A program made the position numbers and the translations under genes. A stretch of DNA of 64,000 nt from Eledone cirrhosa (lineage: Eukaryota): assembly GCA_964016885.1 (NCBI GenBank), contig OZ024740.1, positions 48,670,001-48,734,000 on the forward strand, read 5' to 3'. A model generated the notes under the pieces. That model was not told the DNA's origin and made no database searches. It saw only the letters and a program-made list of their open reading frames with translations. Below are positions 33,701 to 48,700 of this stretch, one piece after another (position 1 is the first letter of the stretch; every line of letters starts with the position of its first letter).

Positions 33701-36700
33701 GTATTGTCCAGAAGAAGCAGACCTATGATCAAAAGCTGAAGTCTTGCAGCTGTTTAACCTCAGTATTGTCCAGAAGAAGTAGATTTATGATCAAAAGCTG
33801 AAGACTTGCTGCTGTTTAACCTTAGTATTGTCCAGAAGAAGCATACCTATGATCAAAAGATGAAGACTTGCTGCTGTTTAACCTCAGTATTGTCCAGAAG
33901 AAGCAGATTTATGATCAAAAGCTGAAGACTTGGTGCTGTTTAACATCAGTATTGTCTAGAGCAAGCAGACCTATGATCAAAAGCTGAAGACTTGCTGCTG
34001 TTTAACCTCAGTATTATCTAAAAAGAGCAGACCTATGATCAGAAGCTGAAGACTTCCTGCTGTTTAATCGCAGCATTGTCCAGAAGAAGCAAACCTATGA
34101 TCAAAAGCTGAAGACTTGCTGCTGGTTAAACTCAGTATTGTCCAGAAGAAGCAGAGCTATGATCAAAAGCTGAACACTTGCTGCTGTTTAACCTCAGTAT
34201 TGTCTAGAACAAGCAGACCTATGATCAAAAGCTGAAGACGTGCTGCTGTTTAACCTCAGTATTTTCTAGACCAAGCACACCTACGAGCAAAAGCTGTAGT
34301 CTTGCTGCTGTTTAACCTCAGTATTGTCTAGAACAAGCAGACCTATGAACAAAAGCTGAAGACTTGCTGCTGTTTAAGCTCAGTATTGTCCAGAAGAAGC
34401 AGACCTATGATCAAAAGCTGAAGTCTTGTAGCTGTTTAAGCTCAGTATTGTCCAGAAGAAGCAGACCTATGATCAAAAGCTGAAGACTTGCTGCTGTTTA
34501 ACCTCAGTATTGTTTACAACAAGCAGACCTATGATTAAAAGCTGAAGACTTGCTGCTGTTTAACCTCAGTATTGTGCAGAAGAAGCAAACCTGTGATCAA
34601 AAGCTGAAGACTTGCTGCTGTTTAACCTCAGTATTGTCTACAACAAGCAGACCTATCATCAAAAGCTGAAGACTTGCTGCTGTTTAACCTCAGTATTGTC
34701 CAGAAGAAGAAGACCTATGATAAACAGCTGAAGACTTGCTGTTGTTTAACCTCAGTATTGTCCAGAACAAGCAGAACTATGATCAAAAGCTGAAGACTTG
34801 CTGCTGTTTAACCTCAGTATTGTCTTCAACAAGCAGACCTATGATCAAAAGCCGAAGACTTGCTGCTGTTTAACCTCAGTATTGTCTAGAACAAGCAGAC
34901 CTATGATCAAAAGCTGAAGACTTGCTGCTGTTTAACATCAGTATTGTGCAGAAGAAGCAAACCTATGATCAAAAGCTGAAGACTTGCTGCTGTTTAACCT
35001 CAGTATTGTCTACAACAAGCAGACCTATGGTCAAAAGCTGAAGACTTGCTGCTGTTTAACCTCAGTATTGTCCAGAAGAAGAAGACTTGTGATAAACAGC
35101 AGCGCGTCCTTGCTGCTGTTTAACCTCAGTATTGTCCAGAAGAAGCAGACCTATGATCAAAAGCTGAAGTCTTGCAGCTGTTTAAGCTCAGTATTGTCCA
35201 GACGAAGCAGACCTATGATCAAAAGCTGAAGACTTGCTGCTGTTTAACCTCAATATTGTCCAGAACAAGCAGACCTATGATAAAAAGCTGAAAACTTGCT
35301 GCTGTTTAATCTCAGTATTGTCCAGAAGAAGCAGACCTATGATCAAAAGCTGAAGACTTGCTGCTGTTTAACCTTAGTATTGTCCAGAAGAAGCAAATCT
35401 ATGATCAAAAGATGAAGCCTTGATGCTGTTTAACCTTAGTATTGTCCAGAAGAAGCTGACCTACTATCAAAAGTTGAAGACTTGCTGCTGTTTAACCTCA
35501 GTATTGTTCAGAAGAAGCAGACCTATGATCAAAAGCTGAAGACTTGCTGCTGTTTAACATCAGTATTGTCCAGAACAAGCAGACCTATGATCAAAAGCTG
35601 AAGAATTGCTGCTGTCTAATCACAGTATTGTCCAGAAGAAGCAGACCTATGATGAAAAGCTGAAGTCTTGCTGCTGTTTAACCTCAGTATTGTCTAGAAG
35701 AAGCAGACCTATGATCAAAAGCTGAAGACTTGCTGCTGTTTAACCTCAGTAGTGTCTAGACCAAGCACACCTATGATCAAAAGCTGAAGTCTTGCTGCTG
35801 TTTAACCTCAGTATTGTGCAAAAGAAGCAAACCTATGATCAAAAGCTGAAGACTTGCTGCTGTTTAACCTCAGTATTGTCTAGAAGAAGCAGACCTATAT
35901 TCAAAAGCTGAAGACTTGCTGCTGTTTAACTCAGTATTGTCCATAAGAAGCAGACCTATGATCAAAAGCTGAAGACTTGCTGCTGTTTAACCTCATTATT
36001 GTCCATAAGAAGCATACCTATGATCAAAAGCTGAAGACTTGCTGCTGTTTAACCTCAGTATTGTCTAGAATATGCAGACCTATGATCAAAAGCTGAACAC
36101 TTGCTGCTGTTTAACCTCTATATTGTCCAGAACAAGCAGACCTATGATCAAAAGCTGAAGACTTGCTGCTGTTTAACCTCAGTATTGTCTAGAACAAGCA
36201 GACCTATGATCAAAAGCTGAAGACTTATTGCTGTTTAACCTCAGTATTGTCCAGAAGAAGCAAACCTCTGATCAAAAGCTGAAGACTTGCTGCTGTTTAA
36301 CCTCAGTATTGTCCAGAAGAAGCAAACCTCTGATCAAAAGCTGAAGACTTGCTGCTGTTTAACCTCAGTATTGTCTAGAAGAAGCAGACCTATGACCAAA
36401 ACCTGAAAAATTGCTGATGTTTAACCTCAGTATTGTTTAGAAGAAGCTGACCTACTATCAAAAGTTGGAGACTTGCTGCTGTTTACCCTCAGTATTGTTC
36501 AGAAGAAGCAGACCTATGATCAAAAGCTGAAGACTTGCTGCTGTTTAACATCAGTATTGTCCAGAAGAAGCAGACCTATGATCAAAAGCTGAAAAATTGC
36601 TGCTGTCTAATCTCAGTATTGTCCAGAAGAAGCAGACCTATGATCAAAAGCTGAAGACTTGCTGCTGTTTAACCTCAGTATTGTCCAGAAGAAGCAGACC

Positions 36701-39700
36701 TATGATCAAAAGCTGAAGATTTGCTGCTGTTTAACCTCAGTATTGTCTTGAACAAGCACACCTATGATCAAAAGCTGAAGACTTGCTGCTGTTTAACCTC
36801 AGTATTGTCTAGAACAAGCAGACCTATGATCAAAAGCTGAAGACTTGCTGCTGTTTAACCTCAGTATTGTGCAGAAGAAGCACACCTATGATCAAAAGCT
36901 GAAATCTTGCTGCTGTTTAACCTCAGTATTGTGCAGAAGAAGCAAACCTATGATCAAAAGCTGAAGACTTGCTGCTGTTTAACCTCAGTATTGTCCAGAA
37001 GAAGCAGACCTATGATCAAAAGCTGAAGACTTGCTGCTGTTTAACATTAGTGTTGTCTAGAACAAGCAGACCTATGATCAAAAGCTGAAGACTTATTGCT
37101 GTTTAACCTTAGTATTGTCCAGAAGAAGCAGACCTATGATCAAAAGCTGAAGACTTGCTGCTGTTTAACCTCAGTATTGTCTAGAAGAAGCAGACCTATG
37201 ATCAAAAGCTGAAGACTTGCTGCTGTTTAACCTCAGTATTGTCTAGAACAAGCAGACCTATGATCAAAAGCTGAAGACTTATTGCTGTTTAACCTCAGTA
37301 TTGTCCAGAAGAAGCAAACCTCTGATCAAAAGCTGAAGACTTGCTGCTGTTTAACCTCAGTATTGTCCAGAAGAAGCAAACCTCGGATCAAAAGCTGAAG
37401 ACTTGCTGCTGTTTAACCTCAGTATTGGCCAGAAGAAGCAGACCTATGATCAAAAGCTGAAGATTTGATGCTGTTTAACCTCAGTATTGTCTTGAACAAG
37501 CAGACCTATGATCAAAAGCTGAAGACTTACTGCTGTTTAGTCTCAGTATTGTCCAAAAGAAGCAGACCTATGATCAAAAGCTGAAGACTTGCCGCTGTTT
37601 AACCTCAGTATTGTCCAGAAGAAGCAGACCTATGATCAAAAGCTGAAGACTTGCTGCTGTTTAACCTCAGTATTGTCTAGAAGAAGCAGGCCTATGATCA
37701 GAATCTGAAGATTTGCTGCTGTTTAAACTCAGTATTGTCTAGAAGAAGCAGACCTATGACCAAAAGCTGAAGACTTGCTGCTGTTTAACCTCAGTATTGT
37801 TCAGAAGAAGCAGACCTATGATCAAAAGCTGAAGACTTGCTGCTGTTTAACATCAGTATTGTCCAGAAGAAGCAGACCTATGATCAGAATCTGAAGATTT
37901 GCTGCTGTTTAAACTCAGTATTGTCTAGAAGAAGCTGACCTACTATCAAAAGTTGAAGACTTGCTGCTGTTTAACCTCAGTATTGTTCAGAAGAAGCAGA
38001 CCTATGATCAAAAGCTGAAGACTTGCTGCTGTTTAACATCAGTATTGTCCAGAAGAAGCAGACCTATGATCAAAAGCTGAAAAATTGCTGATGTCTAATC
38101 TCAGTATTGTCCAGAAGAAGCAGACCTATGATCAAAAGCTGAAGATTTGCTGCTGTTTAACCTCAGTATTGTCTAGAAGAAGCAGACCTATGATCAAAAG
38201 TTGAAGACTTGCTGCTGTTTAACCTCAGTATTTTCTAGACCAAGCACACCTATGATCAAAAGCTGAAGTCTTGCTGCTGTTTAACCTCAGTATTGTGCGA
38301 AAGAAGCAAACCTATGATCAAAAGCTGAAGACTTGCTGCTGTTTAACCTCAGTATTGTCTAGAAGAAGCAGACCTATATTCAAAAGCTGAAGACTTAGTG
38401 CTGTTTAATCTCAGTATTGTCTAGAACAAGGAGACCTATGATCAAAATCTGAACACTTGCTACTGTTTAACCTCAGTATTGTCTAAAACAAGCAGACCTA
38501 TGATCAAAAGCTGAAGACTTTGATGCTGTTTAACCTCAATATTGTCTTGAACAAGCAGACCTATGATCAAAAGCTGAAGACTTACTGCTGTTTAGGCTCA
38601 GTATTGTCCAAAAGAAGCAGAGCTATGATCAAAAGCTGAAGACTTGCTGCTGTTTAACCTCAGTATTGTCCAGAAGAAGCAGACCTATGATCAAAAGCTG
38701 AAGATTTGCTGCTGTTTAACCTCAGTATTGTCTTGAACAAGCAGACCTATGATCAAAAGCTGAAGACTTACTGCTGTTTAGTCTCAGTATTGTCCAAAAG
38801 AAGCAGACCTATGATCAAAAGCTGAAGACTTGCTGCTGTTTAACCTCAGAATTGTCCAGAAGAAGCAGACCTATGATCAAAAGCTGAAGACTTGCTGCTG
38901 TTTAACCTCAGTATTGTCTAGAAGAAGCAGGCCTATGATCAGAATCTGAAGATTTGCTGCTGTTTAAACTCAGTATTGTCTAGAAGAAGCAGACCTATGA
39001 CCAAAAGCTGAAGACTTGCTGCTGTTTAACCTCAGTATTGTTTAGAAGAAGCTGACCTACTATCAAAAGTTGAAGACTTGCTGCTGTTTAACCTCAGTAT
39101 TGTTCAGAAGAAGCAGACCTATGATCAAAAGCTGAAAATTGCTGCTGTCTAATCTCAGTATTGTCCAGAAGAAGCAGACCTATGATCAAAAGCTGAAGAC
39201 TTGCTGCTGTTTAACCTCAGTATTGTCTAGAAGAAGCAGACCTATGATCAAAAGCTGAAGACTTGCTGCTGTTTAACCTCAGTATTTTCTAGACCAAGCA
39301 CACCTATGATCAAAAGCTGAAGTCTTGCTGCTGTTTAACCTCAGTATTGTGCAAAAGAAGCAAACCTATGATCAAAAGCTGAAGACTTGCTGCTGTTTAA
39401 TCTCAGTATTGTCTAGAAGAAGCAGACCTATATTCAAAAGCTGAAGACTTGCTGCTGTTTAATCTCAGTATTGTCTAGAACAAGGAGACCTATGATCAAA
39501 ATCTGAACACTTGCCACTGTTTAACCTCAGTATTGTCTAGAACAAGCAGACCTATGATCAAAAGCTGAAGACTTGATGCTGTTTAACCTCAGTATTGTCT
39601 AGAACAAGCAGACCTATGATCAAAATCTGAAGACTTGCTGCTGTTTAACTCAGTATTGTCCATAAGAAGCAGACCTATGATCAAAAGCTGAAGACTTGCT

Positions 39701-42700
39701 GCTGTTTAACCTCAGTATTGTCTAGAATATGCAGACCTATGATCAAAAGCTGAAGACTTGCTGCTGTTTAACCTCAGTATTGTCTAGAACAAGCAGACCT
39801 ATGATCAAAAGCTGAAGACTTATTGCTGTTTAACCTCAGTATTGTCCAGAAGAAGCAAACCTCTGATGAAAAGCTGAAGACTTGCTGCTGTTTAACCTCA
39901 GTATTGTCCAGAAGAAGCAAACCTCGGATCAAAAGCTGAAGACTTGCTGCTGTTTAACCTCAGTATTGTCCAGAAGAAGCAGACCTATGATCAAAAGCTG
40001 AAGATTTGATGCTGTTTAACCTCAGTATTGTCTTGAACAAGCAGACCTATGATCAAAAGCTGAAGACTTGCTGCTGTTTAGTCTCAGTATTGTCAAAAAG
40101 AAGCAGACCTATGATCAAAAGCTGAAGACTTGCTGCTGTTTAACCTCAGTATTGTCCAGAAGAAGCAAACCTCTGATCAAAAGCTGAAGATTTGCTGCTG
40201 TTTAACCTCAGTATTGTCCAGAAGAAGCAGACCTATGATCAAAAGCTGAAGATTTGCTGCTGTTTAACCTCAGTATTGTCTTAAACAAGCACACCTATGA
40301 TCAAAAGCTGAAGTCTTGCTGCTGTTTAACCTCAGTATTGTCTAGAAGAAGCAGACCTATGATCAAAAGCTGAAGACTTGCTGCTGTTTAACCTCAGTAT
40401 TGTCTAGAAGCAGACCTATGATCAAAAGCTGAAGACTTGCTGCTGTTTAACCTCAGTATTGTCTAGACCAAGCACACCTATGATCAAAAGCTGAAGTCTT
40501 GCTGCTGTTTAACCTCAGTATTGTGCAGAAGAAGCAAACCTATGATCAAAAGCTGAAGACTTGCTGCTGTTTAACCTCAGTATTGTCCAGAACAAGCAGA
40601 CCTATGATCAAAAGCTGAAGACTTGCTGCTGTTTAACCTCAGTATTGTCTAGAAGAAGCAGACCTATATTCAAAAGCTGAAGACTTGCTGCTGTTTAACC
40701 TCAGTATTGTCTAGAATATGCAGACCTATGATCAAAAGCTTTAGACTTGCTGCTGTTTAACCTCAATATTGTCCAGAACAAGCAGACCTATGATCAAGAG
40801 CTGAAGACTTGCTGCTGTTTATCTCAGTGTTGTCCATAAGAAGCAGACCTATGATCAAAAGCTAAAGACTTGTTGCTGTTTAACTACAGTATTGTCCATA
40901 AGAAGCAGACCTATGATCAAAAGCTGAAGACTTGCTGCTGTTTAACCTCAGTATTGTCTAGAATATGCAGACTTATGATCAAAAGCTGAAGACTTGCTGC
41001 TGTTTAACCTCAATATTGTCCAGAACAAGCAAACCTATGATCAAAAGCTGAAGACTTGCTGCTGTTTATCTCAGTATTGTCCATAAGAAGCAGACCTATG
41101 ATCAAAAGTTGAAGACTTGCTGCTGTTTAACCTTAGTATTGTCCATAAGAAGCAGACCTATGATCAAAAGCTGAAGACTTGCTGCTGTTTAACATTAGTG
41201 TTGTCTAGAAGAAGCAGACCTATGATCAAAAGCTGAAGACTTGATGCTGTTTGACTTTAGTATTGTCTAGAACAAGCAGACCTATGATCAAAAGCTGAAG
41301 ACTTGCTGCTGTTTAACCTCAATATTGTCCAGAACAAGCAGACCTATGATCAAAAGCTGAAGACTTGCTGCTGTTTAACTCAGTATTGTCCATAAGAAGC
41401 AGACCTATGATCAAAAGCTGAAGACTTGCTGCTGTTTAACCTCAGTATTGTCCATAAGAAGCAGACCTATGATCAAAAGCTGAAGACTTGCTGCTGTTTA
41501 ACCTCAGTATTGTCCAGAAGAAGCAGACCTATGATCAAAAGCTGAAGACTTGATGCTGTTTAACCTTAGTATTGTCCAGAACAAGCAGACCTATGATCAA
41601 AAGCTGAAGACTTGCTGCTGTTTAGTCTCAGTATTGTCCAAAAGAAGCAGACCTATGATCAAAAGCTGAAGACTTGCTGCTGTTTAACCTCAGTATTGTC
41701 CATAAGAAGCAAACCTCTGATCAAAAGCTGAAGACTTGCTGCTGTTTAACCTCAGTATTGTCTAGAAGAAGCAGGCCTATGATCAGAATATGAAGATTTG
41801 CTGCTGTTTAAACTCAGTATTGTCTAGAAGAAGCAGACCTATGATCAAAAGCTGAAGATTTGCTGCTGTTTAACCTCAGTATTGTCTAGAAGAAGCAGAC
41901 CTATGATCAAAAGCTGAAGACTTGCTGCTGTTTAACCTCAGTATTGTCTAGAAGAAGCAGACCTATGATCAAAAGCTGAAGACTTGCTGCTGTTTAACCT
42001 CAGTATTGTCTAGACCAAGCACACCTATGATCAAAAGCTGAAGTCTTGCTGCTGTTTAACCTCAGTATTGTGCAGAAGAAGCAAACCTATGATCAAAAGC
42101 TGAAGACTTGCTGCTGTTTAACCTCAGTATTGTCCAGAACAAGCAGACCTATGATCAAAAGCTGAAGACTTGCTGCTGTTTAACCTCAGTATTGTCTAGA
42201 AGAAGCAGACCTATATTCAAAAGCTGAAGACTTGCTGCTGTTTAACCTCAGTATTGTCTAGAATATGCAGACCTATGATCAAAAGCTTTAGACTTGCTGC
42301 TGTTTAACCTCAATATTGTCCAGAACAAGCAGACCTATGATCAAGAGCTGAAGACTTGCTGCTGTTTATCTCAGTGTTGTCCATAAGAAGCAGACCTATG
42401 ATCAAAAGCTAAAGACTTGTTGCTGTTTAACTACAGTATTGTCCATAAGAAGCAAACCTATGATCAAAAGCTGAAGACTTGCTGCTGTTTAACCTCAGTA
42501 TTGTCTAGAATATGCAGACTTATGATCAAAAGCTGAAGACTTGCTGCTGTTTAACCTCAATATTGTCCAGAACAAGCAAACCTATGATCAAAAGCTGAAG
42601 ACTTGCTGCTGTTTATCTCAGTATTGTCCATAAGAAGCAGACCTATGATCAAAAGCTGAAGACTTGCTGCTGTTTAACCTTAGTATTGTCCATAAGAAGC

Positions 42701-45700
42701 AGACCTATGATCAAAAGCTGAAGACTTGCTGCTGTTTAACATTAGTGTTGTCTAGAAGAAGCAGACCTATGATCAAAAGCTGAAGACTTGATGCTGTTTG
42801 ACTTTAGTATTGTCTAGAACAAGCAGACCTATGATCAAAAGCTGAAGACTTGCTGCTGTTTAACCTCAATATTGTCCAGAACAAGCAGACCTATGATCAA
42901 AAGCTGAAGACTTGCTGCTGTTTAACTCAGTATTGTCCATAAGAAGCAGACCTATGATCAAAAGCTGAAGACTTGCTGCTGTTTAACCTCAGTATTGTCC
43001 ATAAGAAGCAGACCTATGATCAAAAGCTGAAGACTTGCTGCTGTTTAACCTCAGTATTGTCCAGAAGAAGCAGACCTATGATCAAAAGCTGAAGACTTGA
43101 TGCTGTTTAACCTTAGTATTGTCCAGAACAAGCAGACCTATGATCAAAAGCTGAAGACTTGCTGCTGTTTAGTCTCAGTATTGTCCAAAAGAAGCAGACC
43201 TATCATCAAAAGCTGAAGACTTGCTGCTGTTTAACCTCAGTATTGTCCAGAAGAAGCAAACCTCTGATCAAAAACTGAAGACTTGCTGCTGTTTAACCTC
43301 AGTATTGTCCATAAGAAGCAGACCTATGTTCAAAAGCTAAAGATTCGCTGCTGTTTAACCTCAGTATTGTCTAGAAGAAGCAGACCTATGATCAAAAGCT
43401 GAAGACTTGCTGCTGTTTTAACCTCAGTATTGTCCAGAAGAAGCAGACCTATGATCAAAAGCTGAAAACTTGCCGCTGTTTAACCTCAGTATTGTCTTGA
43501 ACAAGCAGACCTATGATCAAAAGCTGAAGATTTGCTGCTGTTTAACCTCATTATTGTCCAAAACAAGCAGACCTATGATCAAAAGTTGAAGACTTGCTGC
43601 TGTTTAACATCAGTATTGTCCAGAAGAAGCAGACCTATGATCAAAAGCTGAAGATTTGCTGCTGTTTAACCTCAGTATTGTCTAGAAGAAGCAGACCTAT
43701 GATCAAAAGGTGAAGACTTGCTGCTGTTTAACCTCAGTATTGTCCAGAAGAAGCAGACCTATGATCAAAAGCTGAAGACTTGCTGCTGTTTAACCTCAGT
43801 ATTGTCTAGACCAAGCACACCTATGATCAAAAGCTGAAGTCTTGCTGCTGTTTAACCTCAGTATTATGCAGAAGAAGCAAATCTATGATCAAAAGCTGAA
43901 GACTTGCTGCTGTTTAACCTCAGTATTGTCCAGAACAAGCAGACCTATGATCAAAAGCTGAAGATTTGCTGCTGTTTAACCTTAGTATTGTCTAGAACAA
44001 GCACACCTATATTCAAAAGCTGAAGACGTGCTGCTGTTTAATCTCGGTATTGTCTAGAACAAGCAGACCTATGATCAAAATCTAAAGACTTGCTACTGTT
44101 TAATCTCAGTATTGTCCAGAAGAAGCAGACCTATGATCAAAAGCTGAAGACTTGCTGCTGTTTAACCTCAATATAGTCCAGAACAAGCAGACCTATGATC
44201 AAAAGCTGAAGACTTGCTGCTGTTTAACTCAGTATTGTCCATAAGAAGCAGACCTATGATCAAAAGCTGAAGACTTGCTGCTGTTTAACCTCAGTATTGT
44301 CTAGAATATGCAGACCTATGATCAAAAGCTGAAGACTTGCTACTGTTTAACCTCAATATTGTCCAGAACAAGCAGACCTATGATCAAAAGCTGAAGACTT
44401 ATTGCTGTTTAACCTCAGTATTGTCCAGAAGAAGCAAACCTCTGATCAAAAGCTGAAGACTTGCTGCTGTTTAACCTCAGTATTGACCAGAAGAAGCAAA
44501 CCTCGGATCAAAAGCTGAAGACTTGCTGCTGTTTAACCTCAGTATTGTCCAGAAGAAGCAGACCTATGATCAAAAGCTGAAGATTTGCTGCTGTTTAACC
44601 TCAGTATTGTCTTGAACAAGCAGACCTATGATCAAAAGCTGAAGACCTTACTGCTGTTTAGTCTCAGTATTGTCCAAAAGAAGCAGACCTATGATCAAAA
44701 GCTGAAGACTTGCTGCTGTTTAACCTCAGTATTGTCCATAAGAAGCAAACCTCTGATCAAAAGCTGAAGACTTGCTGCTGTTTAACCTCAGTATTGTCCA
44801 CAAGAAGCAGACCTATGATCAAAAGCTGAAGATTTGCTGCTGTTTAACCTCAGTATTGTCTTGAACAAGCACACCTATGATCAAAAGCTGAAGACTTGCT
44901 GCTGTTTAACCTCAATATTGTCCAGAACAAGCAGACCTATGATCAAAAGCTGAAGACTTGCTGCTGTTTATCTCAGTATTGTCCATAAGAAGCAGACCTA
45001 TGATCAAAAGCTGAAGACTTGCTGCTGTTTAACCTCAGTATTGTCCAGAAGAAGCAAACCTCTGATCAAAAGCTGAAGACTTGCTGCTGTTTAACCTCAG
45101 AATTGTCCAGAAGAAGCAGACCTATGTTCAAAAGCTAAAGATTCGCTGCTGTTTAACCTCAGTATTGTCTACAAGAAGCAGACCTATGATCAAAAGCTGA
45201 AGACTTGCTGCTGTTTTAACCTCAGTATTGTCCAGAAGAAGCAGACCTATGATCAAAAGCTGAAAACTTGCTGCTGTTTAACCTCAGTATTGTCTTGAAC
45301 AAGCAGACCTATGATCAAAAGCTGAAGATTTGCTGCTGTTTAACCTCATTATTGTTCAAAACAAGCAGACCTATGATCAAAAGTTGAAGACTTGCTGCCG
45401 TTTAACATCAGTATTGTCCAGAAGAAGCAGACCTATGATCAAAAGCTGAAAACTTGCTGCTGTTTAACCTCAGTATTGTCTAGAACAAGCAGACCTATGA
45501 TCAAAAGCTGAAGACTTGCTGCTGTTTAACCTCTATATTGTCCAGAACAAGCAGACCTATGATCAAAATCTGAAGACTTGCTGCTGTTTAACATTAGTGT
45601 TGTCTAGAAGAAGCAGACCTATGATCAAAAGCTGAAGACTTGATGCTGTTTGAGTTCAGTATTGTCTAGAACAAGCAGACCTATGATCAAAAGCTGAAGA

Positions 45701-48700
45701 CTTATTACTGTTTAACCTTAGTATTGTCCAGAAGAAGCAAACCTCTGATCAAAAGCTGAAGACTTGCTGCTGTTTAACCTCAGTATTGTCCAGAAGAAGC
45801 AGACCTATGATCAAAAGCTGAAGATTTGCTGCTGTCTAATCTCAGTATTGTCCAGAAGAAGCAGACCTATGATCAAAAGCTGAAGATTTGCTGCTGTTTA
45901 ACCTCAGTATTGTCTAGAAGAAGCAGACCTATGATCAAAAGCTGAAGACTTGCTGCTGTTTAACCTCAGTATTGTCCAGAAGAAGCAGACCTATGATCAA
46001 AAGCTGAAGACTTGCTGCTGTTTAACCTCAGTATTGTCTAGACCAAGCACACCTATGGTCAAAAGCTGAAGTCTTGCTGCTGTTTAACCTCAGTATTGTG
46101 CAGAAGAAGCAAATCTATGATCAAAAGCTGAAGACTTGCTGCTGTTTAATCTCAGTATTGTCTAGAACAAGCAGACCTATGATCAAAATCTAAAGACTTG
46201 CTACTGTTTAACCTCAGTATTGTCCAGAAGAAGCAGACCTATGATCAAAAGCTGAAGACTTGCTGCTGTTTAACCTCAATATAGTCCAGAACAAGCAGAC
46301 CTATGATCAAAAGCTGAAGACTTGCTGCTGTTTAACTCAGTATTGTCCATAAGAAGCAGACCTATGATCAAAAGCTGAAGACTTGCTGCTGTTTAACCTC
46401 AGTATTGTCTAGAATATGCAGACCTATGATCAAAAGCTGAAGACTTGCTGCTGTTTAACCTCAATATTGTCCAGAACAAGCAGACCTATGATCAAAAGCT
46501 GAAGACTTATTGCTGTTTAACCTCAGTATTGTCCAGAAGAAGCAAACCTCTGATCAAAAGCTGAAGACTTGCTGCTTTTTAACCTCAGTATTGTCCAGAA
46601 GAAGCAAACCTCGGATCAAAAGCTGAAGACTTGCTGCTGTTTAACCTCAGTATTGTCCAGAAGAAGCAGACCTATGATCAAAAGCTGAAGATTTGCTGCT
46701 GTTTAACCTCAGTATTGTCTTGAACAAGCAGACCTATGATCAAAAGCTGAAGACCTTACTGCTGTTTAGTCTCAGTATTGTCCAAAAGAAGCAGACCTAT
46801 GATCAAAAGCTGAAGACTTGCTGCTGTTTAACCTCAGTATTGTCCATAAGAAGCAAACCTCTGATCAAAAGCTGAAGACTTGCTGCTGTTTAACCTCAGT
46901 ATTGTCCAGAAGAAGCAGACCTATGATCAAAAGCTGAAGATTTGCTGCTGTTTAACCTCAGTATTGTCTTGAACAAGCACACCTATGATCAAAAGCTGAA
47001 GACTTGCTGCTGTTTAACCTCAGTATTGTCTAGACGAAGCAGGCCTATGATCAGAATCTGAAGATTTGCTGCTGTTTAAACTCAGTATTGTCTAGAAGAA
47101 GCAGACCTATGACCAAAACCTGAAAAATTGCTGATGTTTAACCTCAGTATTGTTTAGAAGAAGCTGACCTACTATCAAAAGTTGAAGACTTGCTGCTGTT
47201 TAACCTCAGTATTGTCCAGAAGAAGCAGACCTATGATCAAAAGCTGAAGACTTGATGCTGTTTAACCTCAGTATTGTCTAGAACAAGCAGACCTATGATC
47301 AAAATCTGAAGACTTGCTGCTGTTTAACTCAGTATTGTCCATAAGAAGCAGACCTATGATCAAAAGCTGAAGACTTGCTGCTGTTTAACCTCAGTATTGT
47401 CTAGAATATGCAGACCTATGATCAAAAGCTGAAGACTTGCTGCTGTTTAACCTCAGTATTGTCTAGAACAAGCAGACCTATGATCAAAAGCTGAAGACTT
47501 ATTGCTGTTTAACCTCAGTATTGTCCAGAAGAAGCAAACCTCTGATGAAAAGCTGAAGACTTGCTGCTGTTTAACCTCAGTATTGTCCAGAAGAAGCAAA
47601 CCTCGGATCAAAAGCTGAAGACTTGCTGCTGTTTAACCTCAGTATTGTCCAGAAGAAGCAGACCTATGATCAAAAGCTGAAGATTTGATGCTGTTTAACC
47701 TCAGTATTGTCTTGAACAAGCAGACCTATGATCAAAAGCTGAAGACTTGCTGCTGTTTAGTCTCAGTATTGTCAAAAAGAAGCAGACCTATGATCAAAAG
47801 CTGAAGACTTGCTGCTGTTTAACCTCAGTATTGTCCAGAAGAAGCAAACCTCTGATCAAAGGCTGAAGACTTGCTGCTGTTTAACCTCAGTATTGTCCAG
47901 CAGAAGCAGACCTATGATCAAAAGCTGAAGATTTGCTGCTGTTTAACCTCAGTATTGTCTTAAACAAGCACACCTATGATCAAAAGCTGAAGTCTTGCTG
48001 CTGTTTAACCTCAGTATTGTCTAGAAGAAGCAGGCCTATGATCAAAAGCTGAAGACTTGCTGCTGTTTAACCTCAGTATTGTCTAGAAGAAGCAGACCTA
48101 TGATCAAAAGCTGAAGACTTGCTGCTGTTTAACCTCAGTATTGTCTAGAAGCAGACCTATGATCAAAAGCTGAAGACTTGCTGCTGTTTAACCTCAGTAT
48201 TGTCTAGACCAAGCACACCTATGATCAAAAGCTGAAGTCTTGCTGCTGTTTAACCTCAGTATTGTGCAGAAGAAGCAAACCTATGATCAAAAGCTGAAGA
48301 CTTGCTGCTGTTTAACCTCAGTATTGTCCAGAACAAGCAGACCTATGATCAAAAGCTGAAGACTTGCTGCTGTTTAACCTCAGTATTGTCTAGAAGAAGC
48401 AGACCTATATTCAAAAGCTGAAGACTTGCTGCTGTTTAACCTCAGTATTGTCTAGAATATGCAGACCTATGATCAAAAGCTTTAGACTTGCTGCTGTTTA
48501 ACCTCAATATTGTCCAGAATAAGCAGACCTATGATCAAGAGCTGAAGACTTGCTGCTGTTTATCTCAGTGTTGTCCATAAGAAGCAGACCTATGATCAAA
48601 AGCTAAAGACTTGTTGCTGTTTAACTACAGTATTGTCCATAAGAAGCAGACCTATGATCAAAAGCTGAAGACTTGCTGCTGTTTAACCTCAGTATTGTCT

